Of a stretch of DNA of 61,907 bases, positions 7,987 through 17,964 are shown one piece after another. The first letter of the stretch is position 1; each line of letters opens with the position of its first letter. This stretch comes from Theionarchaea archaeon (GTDB lineage: Archaea > Methanobacteriota_B > Thermococci > Methanofastidiosales > SZ-28-30). A program made the position numbers and the translations under genes. The DNA is taken from the NCBI GenBank assembly GCA_018992565.1, contig JACVGW010000007.1, positions 1 through 61,907 on the forward strand. Reading direction: 5' to 3'. Under the pieces are notes generated by a model, which ran no database searches, was not told where the DNA came from, and saw nothing but the letters and a program-made list of their open reading frames with translations.

Positions 7987-9516
7987 GTGATGTCAATGAA
8001 TGCAGAACCCATCAATGCTGTGGAGATGCAACACATAACCATGCGCTTCCCTGGTGTTCTGGCCAATGATGACATTACTTTTTCAGTTAGGAAAGGAGAA
8101 ATTCATGCTCTTCTTGGAGAAAATGGTGCAGGAAAAACCACGTTAATGAACGTCCTCTATGGATTATACCAGCCTGGTTCTGGAGAGATTTCTGTCAATG
8201 GTAACCCTGCTAAAATAGCAAATCCTAATGATGCTATTTCACTTGGGATCGGGATGATCCACCAGCACTTCATGCTGGTACCTCCCTTCACTGTGGCCGA
8301 AAACGTTGTCCTGGGGGTTGAACCAAAAGCCTATTTCTTCATGGACACAGAAAGAGCAATAAGCGATGTTGAAGAAATCTCAAAACGGTATGGTCTCATT
8401 GTAGACCCAGGAGCCAAAGTCCAGGACATATCAGTGGGAATTGAACAGCGAGTGGAAATCTTGAAAGCGTTGTACCGCGGAGCTGAAATTCTCATTCTGG
8501 ACGAACCGACAGCAGTCCTAACTCCACAAGAAGTGGAAGAGCTGTTCAAGGTTATGAAATCGTTGAAAGAAGAAGGAAAAACAATCATTTTCATCACTCA
8601 CAAGTTGAAGGAGCCCATGGCAACCTGTGACCGCATCACTGTGCTGAGAAAAGGACGATTAATAGGAACAGTCCACACCGAGAAGACAGATGTTGCGAAC
8701 CTGGCCAGGATGATGGTGGGTAGAGACGTCTGCCTGGTTGTAGAGAAACCTCCTCACCCTTCAGGAGAGGCAGTGATGCAGGTGCAGAACCTGGAAGCAT
8801 ACAATGATAGAGAAGTGAAAGCACTACAGGGGATAACACTGGAACTGCGAAAAGGTGAGATACTTGGTATTGCAGGAGTGGAAGGCAATGGCCAGCTGGA
8901 GCTGGCAGAGTGTATGACTGGGCTGCGAAGCCCGCGTGCCGGCAAAATTCTCGTACATGGAAAAGACGTCACCCACTCTTCTGCACGGGATTTCATCAAT
9001 GCAGGAGTGTCTCACATCCCTGAAGACCGTCAGAAAAGAGGGCTGATCCAAGATTTCTCTCTGTCAGAAAACCTGATACTGGGATCTCATTTCAAGGCTC
9101 CTTTTTCACATGGGTTCAGAATGGACTATGAAAAGGTGGATGCATATGCATCCCAGCTAGCGAAGACTTTTGATATCAGAGGAACAGGTGTACACAGCCT
9201 GGTCAAGTATCTGTCAGGCGGAAACCAGCAGAAAGTGATTGTGGCCCGAGAACTGGGGAGAGAACCAGAGATCATCATCGCTTCCCAGCCCACCAGAGGT
9301 CTTGACGTAGGCGCCATCGAGTTCATCCATGAGACTCTTCTCGCCATGAGGAAAAAAGACAAGGCCATACTCCTTATCTCTGCAGACCTGGATGAGGTCT
9401 GCTGTCTTTCTGACCGAATCGCTGTCATCTACGAAGGAAAGATTGTGGGGGAGCGAGACTCTCAAAAGACTACTGAAGAAGAACTGGGATTGTTGATGGC
9501 AGGTGGACATGCATGA
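7987..9516 (+). CDS. ABC transporter ATP-binding protein with duplicated ATPase domains (BMP/sugar-nucleoside type)
   Basis: Walker A GENGAGKTT and GVEGNGQLE, signature LSGGNQQKV, Walker B ILILDEPT. Start is GTG 7987 or ATG 7990. Confidence 0.93.
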   Translation: MMSMNAEPINAVEMQHITMRFPGVLANDDITFSVRKGEIHALLGENGAGKTTLMNVLYGLYQPGSGEISVNGNPAKIANPNDAISLGIGMIHQHFMLVPPFTVAENVVLGVEPKAYFFMDTERAISDVEEISKRYGLIVDPGAKVQDISVGIEQRVEILKALYRGAEILILDEPTAVLTPQEVEELFKVMKSLKEEGKTIIFITHKLKEPMATCDRITVLRKGRLIGTVHTEKTDVANLARMMVGRDVCLVVEKPPHPSGEAVMQVQNLEAYNDREVKALQGITLELRKGEILGIAGVEGNGQLELAECMTGLRSPRAGKILVHGKDVTHSSARDFINAGVSHIPEDRQKRGLIQDFSLSENLILGSHFKAPFSHGFRMDYEKVDAYASQLAKTFDIRGTGVHSLVKYLSGGNQQKVIVARELGREPEIIIASQPTRGLDVGAIEFIHETLLAMRKKDKAILLISADLDEVCCLSDRIAVIYEGKIVGERDSQKTTEEELGLLMAGGHA

Positions 9517-10592
9517 AACCACAATTTGCGAAATTAGCCCAGCTGGTTCAGAAAGAAAGCTTAATGGACATTTTTATTTCAATAATAGCTGTTATCGCTG
9601 CCCTTCTGGTGGGGGCAGTTATTGTGTATGCGGCAGGTTCATCACCCTTAGAAGCATACAAAGCACTGTTTGATGGCGCATTTGGGAGTACGTATGACTT
9701 TGCTCAGACTCTGACCCGGGCAACACCCCTCATTTTTACCGGGCTGACTGTAGCCTTTGCTTTTCGATGTGGGCTGTTCAACATTGGTGGTGAGGGACAG
9801 CTGTATATGGGAGCTATCACTGCGGCTGTTGTAGGGATCAAGTTTGCCTGGCTTCCCTGGTATCTTCACATACCTCTGGCACTGGGAGCTGGAGCAGCAG
9901 CAGGTGGCATCTGGTCACTGGTGCCCAGTGTGTTAAAGGCACGAGTGGGTGCTCATGAAGTGATTACCACCATCATGATGAACTATATTGGGGTACTCCT
10001 GTGCAACTACCTGGCCAACTATCCCTTGAAGGCTGAAGGATGGATTGCTCAGACTGATGTTGTTGCAGCCTCAGCACAGCTTCCACGACTGGTGCCTTCT
10101 ACCCAGCTATCAGCAGCCATTATTGTGGCACTCATATGTGTAGGCATCACGTACTACATTCTCTATAAGACCACACTAGGGTATGAGATCAGGGCAGTGG
10201 GATTGAGCCCCACAGCGGCTGAATATGGGGGGATCAGCGTCCAGAAGAGCATAATCGTATCTATGTTCATATCTGGAATGCTTGCAGGACTGGGCGGATC
10301 AGGTGAAGTACTGGGACTGCACAGACGATTTATTTTTGGGTTTTCTCCCGGCTATGGGTTTGACGGAATTGCAATTGCTGTTCTGGGCAGGAATCATCCG
10401 GTAGGGGTGGTATTGGGTGCGCTGCTGTTTGGTGCTCTCAGGAATGGAGGTATGGTTATGAAACAGGTGACCAATGTGCCCACAGACCTCGTGGTGGTCA
10501 TCCAGGGTATTGTGATACTATTCGTGGCAGCTCCTGAAATGTTCAGAATCTTCAAGAGGATCAGGAAAGGAGGGATTGCCGATGCTTTCTAG
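9513..10592 (+). CDS. ABC transporter permease (BMP-family system)
   Basis: ATGA overlap with the ATPase stop. Polytopic hydrophobic protein (FNIGGEGQLYMGA, GFDGIAIAVLG) typical of this permease family. Confidence 0.9.
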   Translation: MKPQFAKLAQLVQKESLMDIFISIIAVIAALLVGAVIVYAAGSSPLEAYKALFDGAFGSTYDFAQTLTRATPLIFTGLTVAFAFRCGLFNIGGEGQLYMGAITAAVVGIKFAWLPWYLHIPLALGAGAAAGGIWSLVPSVLKARVGAHEVITTIMMNYIGVLLCNYLANYPLKAEGWIAQTDVVAASAQLPRLVPSTQLSAAIIVALICVGITYYILYKTTLGYEIRAVGLSPTAAEYGGISVQKSIIVSMFISGMLAGLGGSGEVLGLHRRFIFGFSPGYGFDGIAIAVLGRNHPVGVVLGALLFGALRNGGMVMKQVTNVPTDLVVVIQGIVILFVAAPEMFRIFKRIRKGGIADAF

Positions 10593-11502
10593 TATTGCCA
10601 TACTACTTGGTGCGACCTTGAGGATATCCCCTCCTATCGCCCTGGCTTCCATTGGGGGAGCATACTCAGAACGCAGTGGTGTCATCAATATCGGGTTAGA
10701 AGGTATGATCCTGATGGGTGCTTTTGCAGGGGTGGCAGGCACGCACTTTCTGGGAAATGCCTGGGTTGGTGTTCTGTTTGCAGTTCTGGCGGGCGGAGCC
10801 CTGGGGCTCCTGCATGCAGTGCTCTGTATCAAGTTTAAAGCCAACCAGGTTGTCAGCGGAGTGGGTGTCAATATTCTGTCTCTGGGATTGACAACCTTAC
10901 TGCTACAGATCATCTGGGGAAACAGGGGAGCGTCAGATCCTGTCTCTGGGTTGAAACCACTGTCCATACCGGTGATTAGAGACATTCCCTATCTCGCAGA
11001 TGTTCTTGACCAGCAGAACCCTCTGGTGTACATTATGATTGTCATCGTCCTGGTTGCCTGGGCTGTCATGTTCAGGACTCCTCTAGGATTGAGAATCAGG
11101 GCAGTAGGAGAACACCCGGAAGCTGCAGATACGGTGGGAATACGTGTGCATCGGATCCAGTACATGTGTGTAACAGCCAGTGGCATGTTATCGGGATTGG
11201 GAGGTGCTTACCTTTCTCTGGGATGGTTGAACCTATTCAGCCAGAACATGTCTGCAGGAAGAGGGTTCATCGCTTTGGCAGCAAATATCTTTGGAAAATG
11301 GAACCCTGCGGGAGCTTTTGGAGCCAGCCTGCTCTTCAGCTTTACTGATGCTTTGCAGATAAAACTGCAGGGAATAGTGGCAGTCAATCAGTTTATTCAG
11401 ATGATTCCCTACATTCTGACTATTCTGGTCTTGGCTGGAGCAGTAAAGAGAGCTGTACCTCCTGCAGCCCTGGGGAAATATTACGAGAAGGGAAAGAAAT
11501 AG
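10582..11502 (+). CDS. ABC transporter permease (second subunit)
   Basis: ATG at 10582 lies behind GGAAAGGAGGG and overlaps the previous gene end. Motifs INIGLEGMILMGAF and GRGFIALAANIFG. Confidence 0.9.
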   Translation: MLSSIAILLGATLRISPPIALASIGGAYSERSGVINIGLEGMILMGAFAGVAGTHFLGNAWVGVLFAVLAGGALGLLHAVLCIKFKANQVVSGVGVNILSLGLTTLLLQIIWGNRGASDPVSGLKPLSIPVIRDIPYLADVLDQQNPLVYIMIVIVLVAWAVMFRTPLGLRIRAVGEHPEAADTVGIRVHRIQYMCVTASGMLSGLGGAYLSLGWLNLFSQNMSAGRGFIALAANIFGKWNPAGAFGASLLFSFTDALQIKLQGIVAVNQFIQMIPYILTILVLAGAVKRAVPPAALGKYYEKGKK

Positions 11503-11718
11503 GTCCATTCTCCCCTTTCCAATGGGGATGTAGAAAAGGTAGCAGGTGTAAGAAGACCTGTCCTTCAAGAATTGCTATAAAATCTGTTGCTTTCTCTACG
11601 AACTCAGAATATTCTTCTTTTGAGCCTCATTTTTGTCTTTTTATAAAGATAAGTAAGTCACTAACGGTATTAGAAGAGCCCTGGAAACGCTTAAGAATAT
11701 GACAAAGAAGGGCCCAAA

Positions 11719-11913
11719 ATGGAAGCTGAATCAACTACCGAGAAGAAAGATCCTGTTGACGATGGGACTCTTTATCTTGCAGCAGGAGGAGGACTGACAG
11801 CTGTTGCAGTAGCTGGTGTTGCCGCAAGTACTGTGTGCCCTGTTTGCGTCGTGGGAGCTCCCCTTCTCGTAGGATATGGATTGTACAAGAAGTACAGGCA
11901 CAGGAGCCCATAG
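11719..11913 (+). CDS. Small hypothetical membrane protein (64 aa)
   Basis: Acidic N-terminus, then one Gly/Ala/Val-rich hydrophobic segment with CPVC and a basic tail KKYRHRSP. A TATA-like tttttataaag lies about 70 nt upstream. Confidence 0.4.
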   Translation: MEAESTTEKKDPVDDGTLYLAAGGGLTAVAVAGVAASTVCPVCVVGAPLLVGYGLYKKYRHRSP

Positions 11914-12126
11914 TCTCCGTGCAGAGATAGGGTCAGCAAGAGAGAGGAGAATCCATTTCATTACCTAGACAGATGATGGTGGAATTGTGCACCAGATGGC
12001 TCTGGAGAAGAATATTGAGAATACATGAAGAATTGACTGGCTACGCAGATCAAAAGGAATGACTAGTGAAAGACTGGAAGGCCAATGCCAACATGAATAG
12101 ACACCTGTTGAGGTGCTGTTCCGAAG

Positions 12127-13521
12127 TTAGTGTGAATGCTGGCCAGCTGCTGAGTTCACAATTTCGTTAACAAGTTCTATTCCTTTTTTCACCAGGGTTT
12201 CAGCCCTCATCCTGTCTGGAGAATCAGAATATACCCGGAGTACAGGCTCTGTACCAGATGCTCTCAGAAGCAGCCAGGAATCATCTGGGTAGACCAGTTT
12301 GAACCCATCAATATCCACCATCTGCAGACAGTCGTCACCCAGAGTGGGCAGCACATGGTCTCTAATGAGAGACATTGCCGCATCTTTTTTTTCTGCTGGG
12401 AGATTTATAGTGTGCTTCACCTGATAAAATCGAGGATATCTATCCACTAGTTGAGAAAGTGTGATCTTGTTACTGGCAAGTATTTCCAAGAGCTTCAAGG
12501 TGGCTAACAGCCCATCACACCAGTTTACTTCCTCGGCGAAGTAGTATTTCCCAGACTCCTCATAGCTGTATATTGAACCAGCCCTTTTTATGGCCTCCAC
12601 TGTGGCGGGCTGCCCTATTTTGCAGTATTCCAATTTCACATCTCTTGTTCTCCTAAACCACTCCACAATCCCAGACGAATTGACAGGGGTCACAAACGCG
12701 CCTTTTTTCGCAGCAAAAACATGATCCGCGAAGATAACTCCGATAACATCCTCAGACAATGGGATTCCCTTCTCATCAATGAAAACCACACGATCAGCAT
12801 CTGTGTCCAGTCCAACGCCAAGATCAAGTGAATTTTCCCTTACCATTGCACATAAGTCCGTCAGTGTGGAAGCCCGGGGTTCAGGAGGCCGACCAGGAAT
12901 TCCAGAAGGTTCTCCATTTATTTCAGCAGCATCACACCCAATAAACTCCAGAATATCGGCCAAGAACCCACATGCAGTTCCATTCACGGGATCAACTGCT
13001 ACTCTAAACCTATTTCTGGCAATGAGATCACTATCAATCAAAGAAAGCACTCTGTCTCTATAGCGAGAAAGACAGTCGGTTGCCTCATTAAGACTTCCCA
13101 CTTTAGAATTATCGACTCTCGTCTCCAAAAATGCCCTGTGTACAATACTCTCCTCCACAACCTTCACCTGCTCATCAGGTAGATATGCCCCGTCTTCCAG
13201 CAAGGGTATGATCCCTACCATATCGGGAGGAAGGTGTGATCCTGTAACCATGATACCACCGTCAGCCTCTTCGCTCACCATATAAGCCAGAACGGGCGTG
13301 GGAACTACCCCACATTCTATGACATTAATTCCCTGTGACATCAATCCAGAACGTGCAGCCAGCTCCAGCATATGGGAGCCGAACCGTGTATCTCTCCCAG
13401 TGCATGCCTTTCCATTTCCAATCAACGCACCAACAGAACCTCCAATATCCATGGCCAGCTGTGGAGTGATTTCACTGACAGTATATCCACGCACCCCGGA
13501 GGTTCCAAAAAGGCTTCCCAT
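12127..13521 (-). CDS. Alpha-D-phosphohexomutase family protein (PGM/PMM/GlmM-like; possibly acting as archaeal phosphopentomutase)
   Basis: MGSLFGTSGVRG N-terminus, active-site loop VTGSHLPPDMVG, metal loop GVGLDTDADR, C-terminal LLRASGTEPVLRVY. Confidence 0.9.
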   Translation of the reverse strand: MGSLFGTSGVRGYTVSEITPQLAMDIGGSVGALIGNGKACTGRDTRFGSHMLELAARSGLMSQGINVIECGVVPTPVLAYMVSEEADGGIMVTGSHLPPDMVGIIPLLEDGAYLPDEQVKVVEESIVHRAFLETRVDNSKVGSLNEATDCLSRYRDRVLSLIDSDLIARNRFRVAVDPVNGTACGFLADILEFIGCDAAEINGEPSGIPGRPPEPRASTLTDLCAMVRENSLDLGVGLDTDADRVVFIDEKGIPLSEDVIGVIFADHVFAAKKGAFVTPVNSSGIVEWFRRTRDVKLEYCKIGQPATVEAIKRAGSIYSYEESGKYYFAEEVNWCDGLLATLKLLEILASNKITLSQLVDRYPRFYQVKHTINLPAEKKDAAMSLIRDHVLPTLGDDCLQMVDIDGFKLVYPDDSWLLLRASGTEPVLRVYSDSPDRMRAETLVKKGIELVNEIVNSAAGQHSH

Positions 13522-13530
13522 GATTACACC

Positions 13531-14199
13531 CTACTCAGCGCCCTTTACGATTGTCACTCCTGCACTTGCTCCAATCCTGCTTGCTCCCGCCTGAATCACT
13601 TCAATTGCCTTTTCATAGGTCTTTATGCCTCCTGCTGCCTTAACACCCATGGTGTTACCCACTGTACTCCTCATTAGGCGGATGTGCTTCATCTCAAATG
13701 GAGGGCCAAATCCTGTTGATGTTTTCACAAAGTGAGCTCCTGCATCTTCTGCTATCCTGCAAGCTGTCACCACTTGCTCGTCTGAAAGATAGCCAGTCTC
13801 CAGGATAACCTTCACAGGGTTACCGGAAGCAACCTCCACCACAGCCTTGATATCATTCTTGACATAGAGCAGATCCTCAGGAGTTCCAGGCAAGAGCTTC
13901 CCTACATTCATAACCATGTCAATTTCATCTGCTCCATCTTGTACCGCTCTCCCTGCTTCATACGCTTTTGCTGCGGTAGCCATTGCACCCAGCGGGAACC
14001 CTACCACGCTGCACACTTTGACCTCACAGCTCTCCAGAAGGCTCTTACACAAAGACACCCAGCAGCTGTTGACACAGACAGAAGCAAATCCATATTCCTT
14101 CCCTTCCTTACAGATTACTGCAATCTTATCCTGCGTGGCTGTAGAAGCCAGCAGTGTGTGATCTATCATTCCTGCCAGGTCTTTCTTGGATATTTTCAT
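13531..14199 (-). CDS. deoC: Deoxyribose-phosphate aldolase
   Basis: IDHTLLASTAT, SVCVNSCWV, VKVILETG, FVKTSTGF (Schiff-base Lys region), VKAAGGI. Confidence 0.92.
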   Translation of the reverse strand: MKISKKDLAGMIDHTLLASTATQDKIAVICKEGKEYGFASVCVNSCWVSLCKSLLESCEVKVCSVVGFPLGAMATAAKAYEAGRAVQDGADEIDMVMNVGKLLPGTPEDLLYVKNDIKAVVEVASGNPVKVILETGYLSDEQVVTACRIAEDAGAHFVKTSTGFGPPFEMKHIRLMRSTVGNTMGVKAAGGIKTYEKAIEVIQAGASRIGASAGVTIVKGAE

Positions 14200-14311
14200 G
14201 AAATCCCTCTCCTTCTCTTAGAAGATGTTGTTTAAAAATCTGTGGAATTGATCCAATCCACGTTGTCTCTTCCATGGGAACTTATTTATGAGCACCAAAT
14301 CTCTATAACAC

Positions 14312-15145
14312 ATGAATATCGGAGCTCATGTTTCAATAAAAGGAGGAGTAACCCACGCATTTGATGAAATACGTGAAATAGGAGGCACGTGCGGACAGAT
14401 CTTCACTCATTCTCCCCGTGGCTGGCGATTTCCAGAAATAGATAAAGAAGAAGCATCCAGATTTAGAGAGACGTATGGCAAGAAAGAGATATGGCCTGTT
14501 CTCATTCACGAATCCTATCTAACCAACCTGGCCACTCCCAGGGAGGATATCTACAAAAAGTCCATGGAGACCATGGAGAAGGAAATTGCTGCAGCCAGAA
14601 CCCTGGGAATTGAATATATCAAGATTCACCCTGGATCCCACCTGGGACAAGGAGAGGAAAAGGGGTTGATGCAGATTGCCAATTCCCTGAACAGCCTGGA
14701 ACCTGAAATAGACGATATTATTATCCTGCTGGAAACGACCGCAGGAAAAGGAACAGACCTGGGTTACACCTTTGAACAGCTGCAATACCTCAGAGATACC
14801 ATCACGTATGAGACAGGTGTCTGTCTGGATACCTGCCATGTATTTGCGGCAGGGTACGACATTACAACTAAAGAAGGACTTGACAGGACACTGAACCAGA
14901 TTGACAACACTATCGGCATCTCCACCTTGAAAGCGGTGCAACTCAATGACTCCAAGCACCCGTTCAACTCCCGAAAAGACGAACACGCTCACATCGGATT
15001 GGGCGAGATAGGAAAAGAGGGCTTCAGAGTGTTTGTGAACCATCCCGTCATAAGGGACCTTCCTCTCATACTGGAAACCCCTGTAGATGAAACCAGAGGA
15101 CATAGAGAGAATATAGAAGCAGTACGAGCACTTGTCACCCCATGA
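14312..15145 (+). CDS. nfo: Endonuclease IV (AP endonuclease, TIM-barrel)
   Basis: MNIGAHVSIKGG, IHESYLTNLA, IHPGSH, LETTAGKG, LDTCHVFAAGYD, HIGLGEIG. Confidence 0.92.
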   Translation: MNIGAHVSIKGGVTHAFDEIREIGGTCGQIFTHSPRGWRFPEIDKEEASRFRETYGKKEIWPVLIHESYLTNLATPREDIYKKSMETMEKEIAAARTLGIEYIKIHPGSHLGQGEEKGLMQIANSLNSLEPEIDDIIILLETTAGKGTDLGYTFEQLQYLRDTITYETGVCLDTCHVFAAGYDITTKEGLDRTLNQIDNTIGISTLKAVQLNDSKHPFNSRKDEHAHIGLGEIGKEGFRVFVNHPVIRDLPLILETPVDETRGHRENIEAVRALVTP

Positions 15146-15289
15146 CCTGCGAGTTATAAACCCGGTGGATCATCAAGAGAAATCGCTCTCTTCTCTCTGG
15201 TTCAGTAAGGAGATTCCTCTCGCCGGAAGCGTTACCATACTGCAGGGAATAGAATTCCTCCATTTCCGAATTATCAAACGTACTGTATT

Positions 15290-17869
15290 TCAGGTGGGTT
15301 CCGGACAATCTCTACTCCATTTTCCCTGTGCTTTCTCTCTTTCTTTTTCTGCTGATATCTGCTGAAATAATTGAAGTGCAATCTCGTAATAGGAAGCAGC
15401 TTCCTCAGGTGCTCCGTGTTTTTTCATGCCAAGTCCAAATTCCAAATAGGTTTTCCCCAGTTCCAAAGGCGAACCACCAGTCTCATCAATGCTCTTCTGG
15501 TAAAGCTCCTTTGCTCTCTCCCATTCTCCTCTCTGCTGCAATACCATAGCATATATCCTGCAGAACTCTCCATGATGAAGGCTCTTCCCAAGCATAGAAA
15601 ACATGTTCTCACATACCTCGCAGAGAGAATGAGCCTTCTCCAATTCTCCCTTCTCCAGGAGGAGACCTGCCATTTTCATCTTCAAGTAGGTAGTAGAATA
15701 CAAATCCTCCAGCGATTCTGCCAGTTGTAGAGCTCTCTGGTAGTAGTTTTCTGCCAGATCACCCTCTCCCCCTTCTGCGTACACCATACCCAGGTTCCCA
15801 CATGAGATGATCTGATCTCTGATATCTGAAATCCTTTCTGATATATTGAGGGTCCTCTTAAAGCACGAGATTGCCTTTTCGAAATCTCCCTTGTAGAAGT
15901 GGATCAGCCCCAGTGTATTGAAGTTGGCTGCAATGCCTCTTACATCCCGCACCTCCTCAGCCAGGGTCAGACTCTCAGTGTGATACTGGAGAGCTGTATC
16001 AAATTGATCCTGATAGTAGTAAACATTAGCCATTCCCCTCAGCATCTGTGAAAGGCCGTACATGAACCCACTTTTCTCAGCAATCGCCTTTCCTGCCTCA
16101 AAATGAGAGAGTGCCTCTCCAAATAGCCCCTCTTTCATCAACAGCAGTCCAATGTCTGCATGAATACTGACCATTTCCTTGTGTTCCTGGAGTCTTTCCA
16201 GTATATCCAAACTGGTGTCAAAGCACGTATGTGCTGTCTTCCAGTCTCCTTTTGAAGCATAGATATTTCCTATCCAATGCAGAGCTCGGGCATCATATGC
16301 GTCAGAGTTAATGTTCCGTGCAGTCTTCTGCATTTCCTCAAATGCTCGAAGTGCATTCTTGGAATCCCCATATAAGGCCAGAATCCTGCCTTTGGCACAC
16401 ATTATAGAGCACCACAACTCAGATGGCACTCGTGATTTCCTGAACCCGTTCAAAATATCCAGATATGGTGACAAATACCCCCTCTCTATCAAATCGACGT
16501 CTTGAGGTTGTGCTACGAGACGGGCAGCCTCCTCATGGTTTCCACCCTGCAGGAAGTGATACATGGATTCCAGCAGCCCCTCTGGGGTGCCTTGACATCT
16601 GTAAGAGTCAGCGATTTCTGTATGTAATTGCGCCTCATCAGGAACTCTCTGATAGGTAAACTCAACAATTGAAGAGGGAAGCACATACCCTCCATCCTGC
16701 CTCCTGATAAACATGCGCTTTTCCAGCCCTTTCAAGCAGGTCCAGAACCCAGGAACCAGGCACACCTTCTTGAGGATTTCAACTGATGCAGGTATACGGA
16801 ACATGGACAAACACTCCACAAGCTTCCGCTCTTCCTCTGACAGAGTCTGAAATATCTCGCTCCACAGATAGTCCTCCACCTGATTCCCCGGGAGATTGTC
16901 CAGGACAAGGCGAGGCTGCTTTTCTTTTGCTGCTTCACAGAACATGTCCAGCATCAGAGGATGACCTCCCAGCTTCTTATGGGCTTTTTTCATCATTTTA
17001 TCTCCCAGAATAACTCCTCTAGAGTGAAGGAGCTCTCTGGCTTCCTTTTCAGTAAAAGCGGATAACCTGATCTCCTTAATATCACTCCGGGATATGGTGA
17101 CAAAGGAGGGACGTTCCCGGGAAGTGATAATAATCTGTGCACCAGGGTCTTTGAGCAACTTGAACATCGTGACAAGTTCTGAATCCTGCACTTTCTGGAA
17201 CCCATCAAAACAGAATATCATGTCCTCTGTCATTCCCTGCTGAAAGAGGGAAATAAGCACCCTGCTGTCCCTCCCCTCCTGTTTTATATACTCCAGAAGG
17301 TTAGAAAGGCCCACGTTATTCAGGAATACAGACAGCTTATTAATAACGTAGTGAAAAGAGTCAATGTCAGTGAAGGAATGCCAGAAAATCTTTTTCCCCT
17401 TCGCCTGTGCACTTCGTGCATACTCTGCTGCCAGAAAGGTCTTTCCAATGCCTGCCAATCCCTCAATGACCACTATTGAGTGAGAATCAATCGACTGCAG
17501 CTCCTGCCTTCTATTGATGAACCCATGCGCTTCAGGTATTTCAAACTTGAAAGCATCATAGGATACTGACACTTCTTTCTCACCCTTTGTCTTTACACAG
17601 AGCTTCAACCCTTCGGGCTCAAAGGCAATGCTAATCTCTTTTGTGTCAACATAGTACAGCTTAACATTGCGCTCTCGATATGCCCACTGGCTGCGTAAAA
17701 TACCCATTTTCTCAAGATTTGAGAGAATCCTAGAGATATATCCCTCTTGCATTCCCAAAATCTCAGATATCTTTCGGGGATAGGACGGTTCGTTCCTCAA
17801 CAGATTTATGATCTCGAGGTTAGTCTTATTTGAAAGTGTCTTTAGGAGTTCCTGCGTGTGAACCTCCAT
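15290..17869 (-). CDS. wHTH (ArsR-like) - STAND/AAA ATPase - TPR repeat regulator-like protein
   Basis: N-terminus NLEIINLLRNEPSYPRKISEILGMQEGYISRILSNLEKMGIL, Walker A EGLAGIGKTFLA, Walker B-like MIFCFDGFQ. The C-terminal ~400 aa carry repeated TPR-like units (ALxxYxxAL patterns). Confidence 0.85.
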   Translation of the reverse strand: MEVHTQELLKTLSNKTNLEIINLLRNEPSYPRKISEILGMQEGYISRILSNLEKMGILRSQWAYRERNVKLYYVDTKEISIAFEPEGLKLCVKTKGEKEVSVSYDAFKFEIPEAHGFINRRQELQSIDSHSIVVIEGLAGIGKTFLAAEYARSAQAKGKKIFWHSFTDIDSFHYVINKLSVFLNNVGLSNLLEYIKQEGRDSRVLISLFQQGMTEDMIFCFDGFQKVQDSELVTMFKLLKDPGAQIIITSRERPSFVTISRSDIKEIRLSAFTEKEARELLHSRGVILGDKMMKKAHKKLGGHPLMLDMFCEAAKEKQPRLVLDNLPGNQVEDYLWSEIFQTLSEEERKLVECLSMFRIPASVEILKKVCLVPGFWTCLKGLEKRMFIRRQDGGYVLPSSIVEFTYQRVPDEAQLHTEIADSYRCQGTPEGLLESMYHFLQGGNHEEAARLVAQPQDVDLIERGYLSPYLDILNGFRKSRVPSELWCSIMCAKGRILALYGDSKNALRAFEEMQKTARNINSDAYDARALHWIGNIYASKGDWKTAHTCFDTSLDILERLQEHKEMVSIHADIGLLLMKEGLFGEALSHFEAGKAIAEKSGFMYGLSQMLRGMANVYYYQDQFDTALQYHTESLTLAEEVRDVRGIAANFNTLGLIHFYKGDFEKAISCFKRTLNISERISDIRDQIISCGNLGMVYAEGGEGDLAENYYQRALQLAESLEDLYSTTYLKMKMAGLLLEKGELEKAHSLCEVCENMFSMLGKSLHHGEFCRIYAMVLQQRGEWERAKELYQKSIDETGGSPLELGKTYLEFGLGMKKHGAPEEAASYYEIALQLFQQISAEKEREKAQGKWSRDCPEPT

Positions 17870-17964
17870 GCTTTAAAAGGTAAGTACACCTTTATAAGTT
17901 TTACAGTAAGCGGGGATTGAACTGATCTCCCAGAAATAAATTACACTAATCTCCAAGAGCCACT

